Shown here piece by piece: positions 47,038 through 57,183 of a stretch of DNA of 64,000 bases. The DNA lies in NCBI GenBank assembly GCA_001792535.1, contig MGGS01000013.1, positions 692-64,691 on the forward strand, in the 5' to 3' direction. The notes under the pieces are model-generated. The model saw only the letters and a program-made list of their open reading frames with translations. It ran no database searches and was not told where the DNA came from. Position numbers and translations under genes: made by a program. The DNA is from Candidatus Woesebacteria bacterium RIFCSPHIGHO2_02_FULL_42_20. GTDB lineage: Bacteria; Patescibacteriota; Microgenomatia; UBA8517. Positions within the stretch are counted from its first letter, which is position 1. Every line of letters starts with the position of its first letter.

Positions 47038-47748
47038 TCAGATTATATTTCCTGTTTTTCTGAATTCCTCGTACATTCTTGCTACGTCTCCAAGCCTATC
47101 CAAAATGTCAGGGATATTACCTGTGTTTAAATCATTTAATACATCCTTCGCTTCTTCCCTTGACAAAACATCGCGTGCCAGATCAGTTACACTTTTTGGA
47201 TCTTGATTGCCGATTCTTCTAACCATAATAGCTGCCAGTATCAGATTTATTCCGGAAATATCTTCATCAACGTGCCTTATATGTGCCCCACTCTTGGTAA
47301 CTAAAACTTCAATAGCAATTCCTCCTTGTGGAGTTACTTGCGCGGTTACCCATTTTTTATCCGGTGTTTTATTATCGCCGTTAACAATAAACGTTTGTGC
47401 ATCTCCAGTTGCCTCGACATCATCAATCTCTGTTCTTATGACCGGCCAAAATATTGAGTCTTCTACACTCGCCATTTTTGCAAGACCGGCCTGTTGTAGC
47501 CGTCTCGCTTCACCTCTTTTACCTTCTGAAAGTCTTTGTTTGGCTTGCACCGATTCATCCGGAAATTGGAATTCCGGTTTTTGTTTGGTCAAGATATATG
47601 TAGCTTCCACGGGGTAAATTACTGCATGAGTATAGCCCTCACCGGCTTTAATTTGAATTAACCTCCCCGTTTCTTTTACGGTTTCAGTTACTTGCTTATT
47701 GTCTATATTATCATGGGATACATCGGAGGATTCATCAGGCGATGGCAT
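47038..47748 (-). CDS. hypothetical protein (236 aa)
   Basis: ORF only; acidic, no recognised motif. Confidence 0.35.
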   Translation of the reverse strand: MPSPDESSDVSHDNIDNKQVTETVKETGRLIQIKAGEGYTHAVIYPVEATYILTKQKPEFQFPDESVQAKQRLSEGKRGEARRLQQAGLAKMASVEDSIFWPVIRTEIDDVEATGDAQTFIVNGDNKTPDKKWVTAQVTPQGGIAIEVLVTKSGAHIRHVDEDISGINLILAAIMVRRIGNQDPKSVTDLARDVLSREEAKDVLNDLNTGNIPDILDRLGDVARMYEEFRKTGNII

Positions 47749-47749
47749 A

Positions 47750-48124
47750 TTAGGGATTCTTTTGTGAAGTAACCTTTTCCAAAACCTCTTTTTCCTTGAG
47801 TTCCACCTTAATTGTGCGGAGAAGTTGAGTACCTAAACTTGCAAGTTTAAACCCTGTTGATGCCACAAAGCCCATGAAAAATAAGTGGGCGGCAATGTTT
47901 AGTGGTTTATTTAATTTATCGGAACTGACGAGTTCCTGTTTAAAGTCTGCGTCAGCCGGGGCTTGGTCGGCAAACTTTGAAAAATCCAAAGAAACCGATT
48001 CGAAGGAAAAGAGATTAATAGGCTCTACTTTTTTAGTAAATACCTGATAAACATTGAGTACGGAGAATAAAATCGCAGCAACCCCGACTCCAAGTAAGAC
48101 ATAACCTACCAACTTTTCACTCAT
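47750..48124 (-). CDS. small N-terminally anchored membrane protein
   Basis: One TM helix (LVGYVLLGVGVAAILFSVLNVY), 124 aa; start abuts the stop of 47038..47748 gene. Confidence 0.35.
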   Translation of the reverse strand: MSEKLVGYVLLGVGVAAILFSVLNVYQVFTKKVEPINLFSFESVSLDFSKFADQAPADADFKQELVSSDKLNKPLNIAAHLFFMGFVASTGFKLASLGTQLLRTIKVELKEKEVLEKVTSQKNP

Positions 48125-48199
48125 ACGATGTTATTATACAACAAACTGAACCTTAATTTCACTAGTGGATCAAAGATAGCAGTTCCAATGGAGTGGGCG

Positions 48200-48227
48200 T
48201 TGACATTGAGTATCAAAACACTATAAT
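48200..48227 (+). promoter_or_regulatory. consensus sigma70 promoter TTGACA-16-TATAAT; predicts a near-leaderless transcript for 48237..48524
   Basis: TTGACA at 48200..48205 and TATAAT at 48222..48227; start codon ATG at 48237, about 3 nt after the expected TSS. Confidence 0.5.
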
Positions 48228-48236
48228 TATATTAGT

Positions 48237-48524
48237 ATGCAGAAGGTAATACTACAAGTACCAATGGACAAATCTCTTCGAGACCTTGCCGAGTTTTCGG
48301 CATCAACCCAGGGGTTTTCTTCACTCCAGGAAGCTGTGCGCCTTTTTGTGAACAAACTTGCCAAAGGATTAATAAATGTCTCCCTTGAAGAAGTAGAATA
48401 TCTTAGTAAGGCTGAAGGTCGAGCTTTGACCAAAAAATATAAGGCCTTCGTTTCGGAAAAGAAGAAGGGTAAAACACACCTTGCCCACTCGGCCAATGAA
48501 ATGTTGGATCAGTTGACTTCCTAA
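48237..48524 (+). CDS. hypothetical small protein (95 aa)
   Basis: ORF downstream of a consensus promoter; helical, Lys-rich; no motif. Confidence 0.35.
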   Translation: MQKVILQVPMDKSLRDLAEFSASTQGFSSLQEAVRLFVNKLAKGLINVSLEEVEYLSKAEGRALTKKYKAFVSEKKKGKTHLAHSANEMLDQLTS

Positions 48525-48713
48525 TAAGGTTAGACTTTTTTGTAAATGGCAGATCTAATCCGATATTAAAAGATCATAAATTAATTGGAAGCTTAAAAGG
48601 GTCTCGTGCATTCAGCGTCACCGGGAATTATAGAGTTACTTATATAGAGGTCAAAAGCGGCCACTATATATTTATAGATGTTGGCACTCACTCTCAGATA
48701 TATAAATAGATAT

Positions 48714-49367
48714 CTACTCTTTTGTTTCAATTTCAAAGTTGTTTAATTGATCAAAGAGCATTTTTACTTTCTCTTCTGTGACATCCTCCGGTTTTATTTT
48801 GCGGTGAGCAAAGATTTGTTTTTCAATTTCGAACCACATTGGAATAAATTTATCAAATTGTTCTTTTGTGTAAATAAGCTTATCTCTTGACAAATAACTC
48901 CTTTTTACCTCATTGAGACGATGTTCTAGTGATGTTGTTTTGTGTGGAGATACTCTTAAATCGGAGTATACACAAAGTTTTCGCATTATATTCGAATTGA
49001 AAGTTTCTTCTGTCTTTGCAAAACCAAACCCTTTGATCAAAACGAATGTTTTTGAGTTGACGTCCAGTTCTTCACAAATTGTATATGTCGCAATATGATC
49101 GTTATTGCTGAACTTGTCGATAAATTCTCTTTGTACTTTTTTCCAATATTTAATCCCTCTCTCTTCTAAATATTCGGGAAATAGGTCCAGATCTGCCTTA
49201 ATAATATTTCCCATGTTATGGAGAAGACAAGCAGAAATAATTGAGTTTTTATCTAGAGGTTTTTCGAAATTATCACAAATGATGGATGCTACTCCGGCAA
49301 CGCGGAGCATATGAGTCTGTAGCTGTGGCATGATTTTATATTTTTGATAAATTTGGGAGATTTTCAT
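48714..49367 (-). CDS. HD-domain-like phosphohydrolase-fold protein (HD motif degenerate: HN)
   Basis: THMLRVAGVASII ... ISACLLHNMGNI resembles HD-domain motifs I/II, but the invariant Asp of the HD doublet is Asn. Confidence 0.45.
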   Translation of the reverse strand: MKISQIYQKYKIMPQLQTHMLRVAGVASIICDNFEKPLDKNSIISACLLHNMGNIIKADLDLFPEYLEERGIKYWKKVQREFIDKFSNNDHIATYTICEELDVNSKTFVLIKGFGFAKTEETFNSNIMRKLCVYSDLRVSPHKTTSLEHRLNEVKRSYLSRDKLIYTKEQFDKFIPMWFEIEKQIFAHRKIKPEDVTEEKVKMLFDQLNNFEIETKE

Positions 49368-49377
49368 AAAAAATTTT

Positions 49378-49470
49378 GTCGAGATTTACGAAAAAGTTAG
49401 AACCGAATTTCGCAAAGGGTAGCTCGGCCGCCTGCGGCGGCCTCGCTTCCGTTATTTTTTGCGCGCGCGA
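49378..49470 (+). repeat. att-arm repeat copy A (element-end arm; candidate attL)
   Basis: GTCGAGATTTACGAAAAAGTTAGAACCGAATTTC followed by GC-rich hairpins (GGCCGCC-TGC-GGCGGCC, CCTCGC-TTC-GCGAGG) and a T-run; about 80% identical to copies at 55568 and 57184 (inverted). Confidence 0.6.
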
Positions 49471-49493
49471 TTTTATCCTCGCTTCGCGAGGAG

Positions 49494-49955
49494 CTATAGA
49501 GAAATTGAATTCACCAAATCTCTAAAAATAGGAAGATTGGCTTCGTCAATTTGTTGATAAGCTGTTTTCCACTCGGATTTATTAACAACCTCAACATTAT
49601 TTGGCGAGCCTTGAATTCTTACCGTATCATAGTTATCGTTGATAAGAAAAACCTCTCGTGAATATACCCATTCTGTTTGAGCTGTTTCTGATAGAGTTGA
49701 GATATACTCAACTCCTTTGTAATTTCCGATATTCGTTTGTTTAATTCTGATCAACTTACTTCTTAAATCTGATTTTGTTTCCCCATCTTTCATTGTAAGT
49801 AAGGGTAAGTAGCCCTCGAGCCAAGGTTGATTCTTTTTGTACTCGTCTATCGCGGTTCCTTGTGGTTTCTTTGTGTACTGTACACTTATATAATATGAAT
49901 TTTTCTTATCGTACTTTCTGTCTAACCGATCTGTTCCGTATGGATATCTTAACAA
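49494..49955 (-). CDS. hypothetical protein (153 aa) occupying the position of the missing recombinase catalytic domain
   Basis: ORF only; its 5' end abuts the truncated recombinase homology at about 49960. Confidence 0.3.
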   Translation of the reverse strand: MLRYPYGTDRLDRKYDKKNSYYISVQYTKKPQGTAIDEYKKNQPWLEGYLPLLTMKDGETKSDLRSKLIRIKQTNIGNYKGVEYISTLSETAQTEWVYSREVFLINDNYDTVRIQGSPNNVEVVNKSEWKTAYQQIDEANLPIFRDLVNSISL

Positions 49956-49959
49956 TCCG

Positions 49960-50976
49960 AAAACCAGAGGAATAGATGTTGACCCTGAAAAATCAAAGGC
50001 AGTAAAACGAGCTTTTGAAATGTTTGCGGAAGGAAGTCATACTTTTACGGATATTGCCAAATATCTTCATAAATTTGAATTGGGGCGCAAAAACGGGAAA
50101 CCACTTCATATCAACGAAATCCGGCAAATACTCTCGAATAAGTTTTACGTTGGGATAATGTTTTATAACGGTGAGTATCACGACGGAAACCACAAGAGTT
50201 TTGTTTCCAAGGAGCTATTCCAGAAAGTACAAGAGGAAATGCAAAGACGGAGTAAACATTTCAAAAAGTCATATCATTTCCCGTTTTTAGGACTAGCAAG
50301 GTGTAGCGAATGCGGCGCGGCGATCACGGCCGAGCAACACATCAAGTTTTACAAAACCACCAACCGCAAGGTTACTTACGTTTATTATCGTTGCACCAAA
50401 AAACTTGGTCCATGTTCTCAAACGCCAATTACCAATTTTGAAATGGAGGAACAATTAAGAAAAGTTGTTTCTGATGTCGTGCTTCCGCAGTCTTGGGCAG
50501 ACCAGTGGTTGAAATTTTTGGAACGAGACGAGTTAGTCGAAAAACAATCATCAGGAACAACTATCCAAAATCTCAAAACTGAAATTCAAGATCTAGATCG
50601 AAAACAAAACACACTTTTGGACAGTTATCTTGATAGCGTTGTTGATCCTGAAACTTATAAATCTAAGAAAAACGAAATGTTCGAAACAAAACTTAAATTA
50701 CAAGAAGAAATCGTCAAAGTTGAGGAGACGGGTTCGAGTTGGCTCGAACCTATGAGAAATTTCGTAAATTGCGCCTTACAGGCGCAAAAAATCGCGCGCG
50801 CAAAAAATAATTGCGAAGAATTAGCATTCTTCGCAAAACGTGTCGGCTCGAACTTCTTTTTATCCAATCGGCAGCTCTCAGCAGAGCATAAAAAGGGCTT
50901 TGCGGCGCTCCGTGCGGGCGGCGGCGCACGGAGCGCCTCCACCGACTCTATCGATTTTTCTCTCTTGGTCGCATAG
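49960..50976 (+). pseudogene. 5'-truncated large serine recombinase (lacks catalytic resolvase domain)
   Basis: Homology begins at TRGIDVDPEKSKAVKRAFEMFAEGSHTFT and runs to the stop; about 90% aa identity to residues 165-536 of the recombinase at 57432; Ser-nucleophile N-terminal about 165 aa absent; ends at a TTGGTCG core junction (50965). Confidence 0.75.
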
Positions 50977-51141
50977 AAGCGAACAATCTTGAACTAGTTA
51001 CCGAAGCTATTTTATCACATTGGAAACTAATAAACTTTGACGAAAAAAGTATAGTCCTCAATCCATATAATGTGTTCCAAGATAGAAACAGCATGGGTTT
51101 TGTATACAGCTATTGATAATGAAGTCATGGCTTGAACTGAT

Positions 51142-51576
51142 ATGAAGACAGACAAACTAACATTAAAGCAGCGCAAATGGTTAGAAATCTACCTTGAAAC
51201 CGGTAACGCAACTGCAGCAGCGCGTCGCGCGTACAACTGCAACGAACGTAGCGCAAGGCAAATAGGTTACGAGAACATGACAAAACTTGACTTTACAGAC
51301 GTTCTAGAAGCCCATGGCGCTACTGCAGCAATGCTTGTGAAGTTAATTGTAGAAGGTGCTAAAGCAACAAAACTGATTAAAGACAAGGAATTTCCCGATT
51401 GGGAAGTAAGGCACAAATACTTAATAACCATTCTGCGCTTGAAGAAAATGTACCCGCAGCCGGAAGCTATAGGCAATAATGGCGAGGAACCAATCCGTAT
51501 TGTCTTCCAAGACCCGTTTCAAGACCCAACACCAAGCACAAAAATTGACACGAATAGACCTAATTTGATAACATAA
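51142..51576 (+). CDS. phage terminase small subunit (Terminase_2/TerS-like)
   Basis: LTLKQRKWLEIYLETGNATAAARRAYNCNERSARQIGYENMTK matches the TerS HTH signature (LT.KQ..F..EYL..GNAT.AA..AGY). Confidence 0.6.
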   Translation: MKTDKLTLKQRKWLEIYLETGNATAAARRAYNCNERSARQIGYENMTKLDFTDVLEAHGATAAMLVKLIVEGAKATKLIKDKEFPDWEVRHKYLITILRLKKMYPQPEAIGNNGEEPIRIVFQDPFQDPTPSTKIDTNRPNLIT

Positions 51577-51937
51577 TGTTGCTACAATAAGTAGCAAATT
51601 AAGTTAATTAGCTTCATAGAACGCTTTAAGCAGTCCGAAGCAAGTCGCAACGGCTGCTTTTTTATTTGTCCAAAAAGCGTCTATGAAGAAACGTTTCAAA
51701 AGAAAACTAAACGTAGTTCCCACAAAACCGAATTCCGGTTACGCTTCTATTCCCCAAAATCCAACAGAACGGGTAATTCAACTTGTGACGCTTATGGCGT
51801 CGGTGAAAACCGATACAGAAGAAGCAAAGCTAAATGCTACAACCATTTCCGATAACAACGGCAGAAGAATAAACTTATAAAGCCCCTACAATTCCGCATA
51901 AACCCTATAAAAAAATGATATACTTACAGCAAAGATT

Positions 51938-52921
51938 ATGGCTAAAAGCGGTCTATCCATTATTGTTATTGGTGGTTTAAATACAGATATTGTTGCAATT
52001 GGTGCTAAAAAACTATTAAAAGCGGGTGAACACACCTATGCTAGCGAATTAAGGATTGGTGCCGGCGGGAAATCGCGCAATATGGCACAAATGATTGCTA
52101 CTTTAGTTGGTAAGGATAAAGTAGCGATGGTTGGAAAGACTTCAAAAGACCCATATGGTTTTTGGAAAGTGCCATTAGTAGCCTTAAAGCAAGCAAAAGT
52201 AAACACCGAATATGTAAAGATAGCGTCTTTTAAGGAAAGTAATCAGTTCCCCGGAATTGCACTTATACCCGTAGACACGGAGGGAAGAAACCAAATCTAT
52301 GTATTACCGGGAATTACAAATAGTTTTTTGCCCAAAGATATTGATGACGCAAGCGAACTTTTCAAATCGGTTGCAAAAAACAATGGCATATTACTTGTTT
52401 CATTGGAATTACCCTTGCAAACAGCAATTTACGCAATCAAAAAGGCTAATCAAATGGGTATAAAAGTTTTCTTTGACCCCGGTGGAATAGACGAAACAGA
52501 AAATTATAGTGAATTACTAAAACAGAATATCTATTTGATTAAACCAAACGAACATGAAGCTAAAATTCTAACAAGTATAGCAGTTATTGATTTTGATACT
52601 GCGAAGAAAGCAGCGACAAAGTTATTAGGCAAAGGTACAGAAAATGTCCTTATCACAGTTGGGGTAAATGGTGGCTACTTCTTTAACAAAATCGTAGGAA
52701 AACATATCCCTATCCCTAAAATTAAAAGCAGTTCTGTAAAAGACGAAACGGGTTGCGGCGACCAAACCATGGCGGCTTTGTGCACGGCACTTGCCGAAGA
52801 CAAAGATATTCTTGAAGCAATCAATATCGGACTACTTGCGGGAACCTTGCAGTTTGGCAAATCGGGCATTGTCCCTATTACCAAAAAAGAAATTAACAAG
52901 TATTTACATAACAGACTATGA
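51938..52921 (+). CDS. pfkB/ribokinase-family carbohydrate kinase
   Basis: N-terminal IIVIGGLNTDIV (GG dipeptide region) and C-terminal ETGCGDQTMAAL (DTxGAGD-type anion hole) motifs; 327 aa. Confidence 0.7.
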   Translation: MAKSGLSIIVIGGLNTDIVAIGAKKLLKAGEHTYASELRIGAGGKSRNMAQMIATLVGKDKVAMVGKTSKDPYGFWKVPLVALKQAKVNTEYVKIASFKESNQFPGIALIPVDTEGRNQIYVLPGITNSFLPKDIDDASELFKSVAKNNGILLVSLELPLQTAIYAIKKANQMGIKVFFDPGGIDETENYSELLKQNIYLIKPNEHEAKILTSIAVIDFDTAKKAATKLLGKGTENVLITVGVNGGYFFNKIVGKHIPIPKIKSSSVKDETGCGDQTMAALCTALAEDKDILEAINIGLLAGTLQFGKSGIVPITKKEINKYLHNRL

Positions 52922-53310
52922 TTTCCGATGTTTTAGCAGTTTATAATTTAATTAAAGAAACAGTTGACGAAGCGAGTGTATTAAACGCTTTATTTTCGTT
53001 TGATGGTACGCGAAAAGAAGGTGACGAAGTAATTAAAGTGAGGATTAACAAGGCAACAGACAACCAATGGTTTTATGAAATAGAACCGTATGAAGATTAT
53101 ATTTTAATTCCCTTTCCGGTTAACCAAGCAGTATATGTGGATTATGGTCTAGAAAAGGATAGTCAAAACCCTTCGGTAAAATTTTTTAGGTATGTATCAA
53201 GCCCGCTTTCAAGATATAGCCAAGGTGGTGAACCTAATGTTAGGGTAGATTTTTTTGTGTTTGGGTACAGACCTTCGGATTTAATGGCAAGTCGCAAGAA
53301 AAAAGCCTAG
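52918..53310 (+). CDS. hypothetical protein (130 aa)
   Basis: ORF overlapping the pfkB stop by 4 nt; no motif. Confidence 0.3.
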   Translation: MISDVLAVYNLIKETVDEASVLNALFSFDGTRKEGDEVIKVRINKATDNQWFYEIEPYEDYILIPFPVNQAVYVDYGLEKDSQNPSVKFFRYVSSPLSRYSQGGEPNVRVDFFVFGYRPSDLMASRKKKA

Positions 53311-53326
53311 CAAGGAAAAAATAACA

Positions 53327-54034
53327 ATGAACGTCAATGGTAATTTACAGTATAAGCAAGCACAACGGGAACTTTTTGACGAACTTGAAAATAAGTTCAA
53401 AAACGGTGAAAAACCCTCAACCATTGTTGAACCCGTAAAAGATTATGAAAATGATAATAGAATTTGTTTAACAAGCGTAGCTTTTATTCCACCACACCTT
53501 CAAGAAATAATATTGTCCACGGTTGTTGACCCGCTTAAAAGTGCAGATAGCCAACAATACTATTACATTCAAAACTCCTTCCATTTAACCATTCAAAATA
53601 TACGAACGATTAACTTGCCGCCGTTGTTTAGCGATAGCGATATTGAAAAGGCAATAAAAGTATTTGACCAAATAGTGCCAAAACATAAACATTTGTTCTT
53701 TGATATTGAAGGTCTTTTTGAACTTCCAACAAGTCTATCTTTGCGTGCCTATGCTGATAAAGGATTAAAAGATTTAGCCTTGGAATTAAGGCGGGGGTTA
53801 AAAGAAGCCGGGGTTCCCGATAACAAAACGTATGCTTCAAGTGATGTAGTATTTGGCAATACAAGTGTTTGCAGATATACAACAACACCAAATGATTTGT
53901 TTTTTAATGAAGTTAAACGGCTAAAAAATATAAAGATAGGTCGTTTAGAAGTTTCAACAGTTTCCTTAATCACGACAAATTCTGTTTGTCACCCTAGTAA
54001 AACAAAAATAATCAAAGAATTTAACTTGGCTTAA
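53327..54034 (+). CDS. hypothetical protein (235 aa), weak 2H-phosphoesterase-like HxT/S motifs
   Basis: FHLTIQ and CHPSK could be the two H-x-T/S-x motifs of the 2H superfamily; weak. Confidence 0.3.
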   Translation: MNVNGNLQYKQAQRELFDELENKFKNGEKPSTIVEPVKDYENDNRICLTSVAFIPPHLQEIILSTVVDPLKSADSQQYYYIQNSFHLTIQNIRTINLPPLFSDSDIEKAIKVFDQIVPKHKHLFFDIEGLFELPTSLSLRAYADKGLKDLALELRRGLKEAGVPDNKTYASSDVVFGNTSVCRYTTTPNDLFFNEVKRLKNIKIGRLEVSTVSLITTNSVCHPSKTKIIKEFNLA

Positions 54035-54046
54035 AGTGTTTATTTT

Positions 54047-55591
54047 ATGGATAATGACATTGACCTAACAAAGCTAAAATATGTTTTATATGCCCGTAAA
54101 TCCACAGACGACCCCGAACGGCAAGTAAGGTCGGTTGAAGACCAAATAGCCGAATGTGAACATTTGGCAATGCGGTTAGGTATACACCTCGTAAAACCCC
54201 ACATAATTGAAAAAAAGTCCGCTAAAAGACCCGGACAAAGACCATTGTTCAAACAAATGCTAAATGACATCAGGAAAGGCGTCTACGACGGCATAGTGGC
54301 GTGGAACCCGGATAGGTTGGCAAGGAACATGAAGGAAGGTGGGGAAATTATTGATATGGTGGACGAAGACCTAATAAAAGATATGCGCTTTGTTACCCAC
54401 CACTTTTCAAAAGACGCGAACGGTAAAATGTTACTTGGAATGGCATTTGTATTATCAAAGCAGTATTCGGACAAATTATCACAAGACGTAACAAGGGGCT
54501 TGCACCGTAAAGTTGAAGAAGGCAAATCACACATTCCAAAACACGGCTATATTAAAGACGAAGAAGGGTTGTATAGACCCGACGGCAGAAACTTTGAATT
54601 GATTTGTGAAGCGTGGGCAATGCGTAAAGAAGGCACGTCCTTGGAACAAATAGAAGAATATCTTGATAAAGAAGGCTATCAACGAATAATTAAAACGTCC
54701 GGTAAACCCGTAAAACTTACCTTCAAGCGATTAAGCGATTTGTTCAAAGACCCATTCTACTACGGCTTACTTATTCAAGGCGCAAAACGGATTGATTTAC
54801 GTGAAGTATACGAATTCAAACAAGCTGTAACCGAAGCGGACTACAACCAAATTCAACAGCTTTTTTATAACAAAACCAAGCCATATCGTACGCGCCGGTT
54901 AAGTTTCTATCCCCTTAAACTAATGCTTAAGTGCAGTTTTTGCAGTAGTAATATGGTGATTGCGCCTTCAACCGGTTCAACAAAGCGGTATTTGAATGCA
55001 AGGTGTGATAACAAGTTCTGTTCGCGCAAAAAGAAATCAATACGTATGATAAACGTATTTAACTTTATTTACGACTTTTTGGACAAAGGACTTAATTTTA
55101 CAGTAAAGGATTATAACGACTACTACAAGGGAATGACCACGTATTCCGAAGCCAAACAACAAAAGGTGCAAATTGAAATTCACAGCAAGCAAGCAATTTT
55201 GCGCAATGTTGATATTGAAGTGCGGGAACGCGCATTAAAGATATTGGATTTTGAAAAGTCTTCAACGGTGCGGAAGATTAACGAAGACAAAATCGCCGAG
55301 CTTGAAGACCAAAAAGAACAATTGAAGGAACAAATAGCCAAGTTGCAGCAGCAAATAGCAGAACCCGAAAAGGATAGATTAACGTTAGAAGAATTCTTGA
55401 ACTTGTCAAAAAATGCCGCCACGGTGGTCAAATCGGGTGACGCAAGTGTTAAAGACCAAATTTGCCGTTTAATTTTCTTGAACTTTACCGTTGATGAAGC
55501 GAAAGTGGCGTCATATCAACTAAAAGAACCATTTACCACCCTACTAAAACATCATAGTTTGTCATTTGGTCGAGATTTACGAAAAAGTTAG
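54047..55591 (+). CDS. large serine recombinase (resolvase catalytic domain, recombinase domain, zinc ribbon, coiled coil)
   Basis: YARKSTDDPERQVRSVEDQ (catalytic Ser), DRLARN, Cys cluster CSFC...C.NKFC, C-terminal coiled coil; last 7 codons lie inside att-arm repeat B. Confidence 0.85.
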   Translation: MDNDIDLTKLKYVLYARKSTDDPERQVRSVEDQIAECEHLAMRLGIHLVKPHIIEKKSAKRPGQRPLFKQMLNDIRKGVYDGIVAWNPDRLARNMKEGGEIIDMVDEDLIKDMRFVTHHFSKDANGKMLLGMAFVLSKQYSDKLSQDVTRGLHRKVEEGKSHIPKHGYIKDEEGLYRPDGRNFELICEAWAMRKEGTSLEQIEEYLDKEGYQRIIKTSGKPVKLTFKRLSDLFKDPFYYGLLIQGAKRIDLREVYEFKQAVTEADYNQIQQLFYNKTKPYRTRRLSFYPLKLMLKCSFCSSNMVIAPSTGSTKRYLNARCDNKFCSRKKKSIRMINVFNFIYDFLDKGLNFTVKDYNDYYKGMTTYSEAKQQKVQIEIHSKQAILRNVDIEVRERALKILDFEKSSTVRKINEDKIAELEDQKEQLKEQIAKLQQQIAEPEKDRLTLEEFLNLSKNAATVVKSGDASVKDQICRLIFLNFTVDEAKVASYQLKEPFTTLLKHHSLSFGRDLRKS

Positions 55592-55671
55592 AACCGAATT
55601 TCAAAGTTGTTAGCTCGGCCGCTTCGCGGCCTCGCAAGGTGAGCGCGGCGCCCCCACCCGCCGCGCTTCCG
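55568..55671 (+). repeat. att-arm repeat B; left copy of a perfect 104-bp inverted repeat
   Basis: GGTCGAGATTTACGAAAAAGTTAGAACCGAATTTCAAAGTTGTTAGCTCGGCCGCTTCGCGGCCTCGCAAGGTGAGCGCGGCGCCCCCACCCGCCGCGCTTCCG; reverse complement found exactly at 57184..57287; contains two GC hairpins. Confidence 0.85.
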
Positions 55672-55733
55672 TTATTTTATGCGTATTTTATGCGCGCGCG
55701 ATTTTTAGATAGCAATTATTAATGCGAAATATT

Positions 55734-56966
55734 CTAATAAGACTTCAGTGTGCTTTTCAGTAAAATTCCGTTTGCCCAATATTCACCAGTACCCCCAGAG
55801 GGTAAAATGTCATAGGTATAGTGCTGGTTATACAATTTACTTTCTACTTTTATAACTTTGACTCCGGCTATGTAGTCACTATCTTTTATTTGTCCCACCA
55901 AACGCCCATCTCCCAAAGGATGTCCGGAAGAAGCGCTTAGCTCCTTACCATCAGCTAAAAGTATGTGTGCAATTCTAAAGTCAGCAGGAACAAGGGAATG
56001 GCTAACTTGTTGAACAGTTCCAGCAACTGGTTCACCAGTATCATTGGTTGTCCAAACGGGCGTACCAATAACAACGTCTTTAATCAAAACTTCTCCCTGC
56101 GGTGTAGAAATTTTTGCTTGACTATCAAGACAAATTGGTCCGGGTCCGCCGCGATAGCGTTGTATCAACTCGACTGATTCAAATAAATCTAAGGTCTTAA
56201 GCTTGTTCTGAAAATCAGTTTCTTTTCCACTAGGGACGTTCAATTCAGTGGAAAGGGCTTCATACCATGGATTCGTTCTGTTCCCAAAAGATTCCTGTCC
56301 GCTTTCAATATTTACCACCGCAATTTCAACAGTAGAGCTGCCAATCTGTTTTTTAGCCACATCGACTAAATCGGGATAATTCGCATGTAACCATTCATCT
56401 TCTTCAAACCAGCTCAATGGTGTTCTAAATGTTACCCATAAATAAGCTGTGTCTTCTCTAATGCGTTCTTTGTATTTGCCCAACTGTTCGTCAGTATAGG
56501 TATAGTCCACATTGAGTATCTTGGAATCCGTGCTTAGTTTGCGTCCATAGAGCTGGCCGCCGATACGACTAGGTGTGGCAAAAAGAGTGGTTTTAATCTT
56601 CAAAACATCTGAAGGAAGTTGTAAGTCCATAAGAGATAATTGATCACTGGCGATCTTGATATCTGCATTCGGTTTAAACTTTACCCGCAACTTGCCCGTC
56701 ACAATATCTTCTGTTTCATTTTTACCCAAGGTAAGCTTATCTATCTTCTTGTTCAGTGTATAGAAAGTATAAAACCCTCCAAATAATAAAACGGCAAACA
56801 GAATCATCGCTGAAAACATCCATGGATTTATCTTTCTCCTTCTGGAAGATGCTGTGAGATTGCTTGTCTGATTTTGCCCGATTTGCTGCGTATTTTGATC
56901 ACCAATATTTGTTTGATTTTCCATATGTATCTCTATGAAAAAGTATATCATATTTGAAGATTTCAA
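55734..56966 (-). CDS. membrane-anchored protein with C-terminal Hint (Hedgehog/intein-like, bacterial intein-like) domain
   Basis: TM anchor (MFSAMILFAVLLFGGFYTFY), 230-aa unknown domain, then GGPGPI-CLDSQAKISTPQGEVLIKDVVIGTPV...HPL...YTYDILPSGGTGEYWANGILLKS: Hint signature beginning with the nucleophile Cys and ending in the Y.YD....F.ANGIL.HN block. Confidence 0.7.
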   Translation of the reverse strand: MKSSNMIYFFIEIHMENQTNIGDQNTQQIGQNQTSNLTASSRRRKINPWMFSAMILFAVLLFGGFYTFYTLNKKIDKLTLGKNETEDIVTGKLRVKFKPNADIKIASDQLSLMDLQLPSDVLKIKTTLFATPSRIGGQLYGRKLSTDSKILNVDYTYTDEQLGKYKERIREDTAYLWVTFRTPLSWFEEDEWLHANYPDLVDVAKKQIGSSTVEIAVVNIESGQESFGNRTNPWYEALSTELNVPSGKETDFQNKLKTLDLFESVELIQRYRGGPGPICLDSQAKISTPQGEVLIKDVVIGTPVWTTNDTGEPVAGTVQQVSHSLVPADFRIAHILLADGKELSASSGHPLGDGRLVGQIKDSDYIAGVKVIKVESKLYNQHYTYDILPSGGTGEYWANGILLKSTLKSY

Positions 56967-57183
56967 GTATCAAAATGCTCTTGTATTTTTATTGCCTTCT
57001 CTGGTATATTGTTATCGTACTCAACTCATGGCGGATCTCTTTTTTGATGGCCGTCTTGGTCAACTAGGAGAGATCCGAGTTGAGTACAACCAGGGCGGCC
57101 ATTTAAGTTGTATAAAAGTTCTTTAAAATTTTTGCGTTTTTTTTAGTTTTGCTCAGAACAAAACCAATTCGAGCTGACACGTT

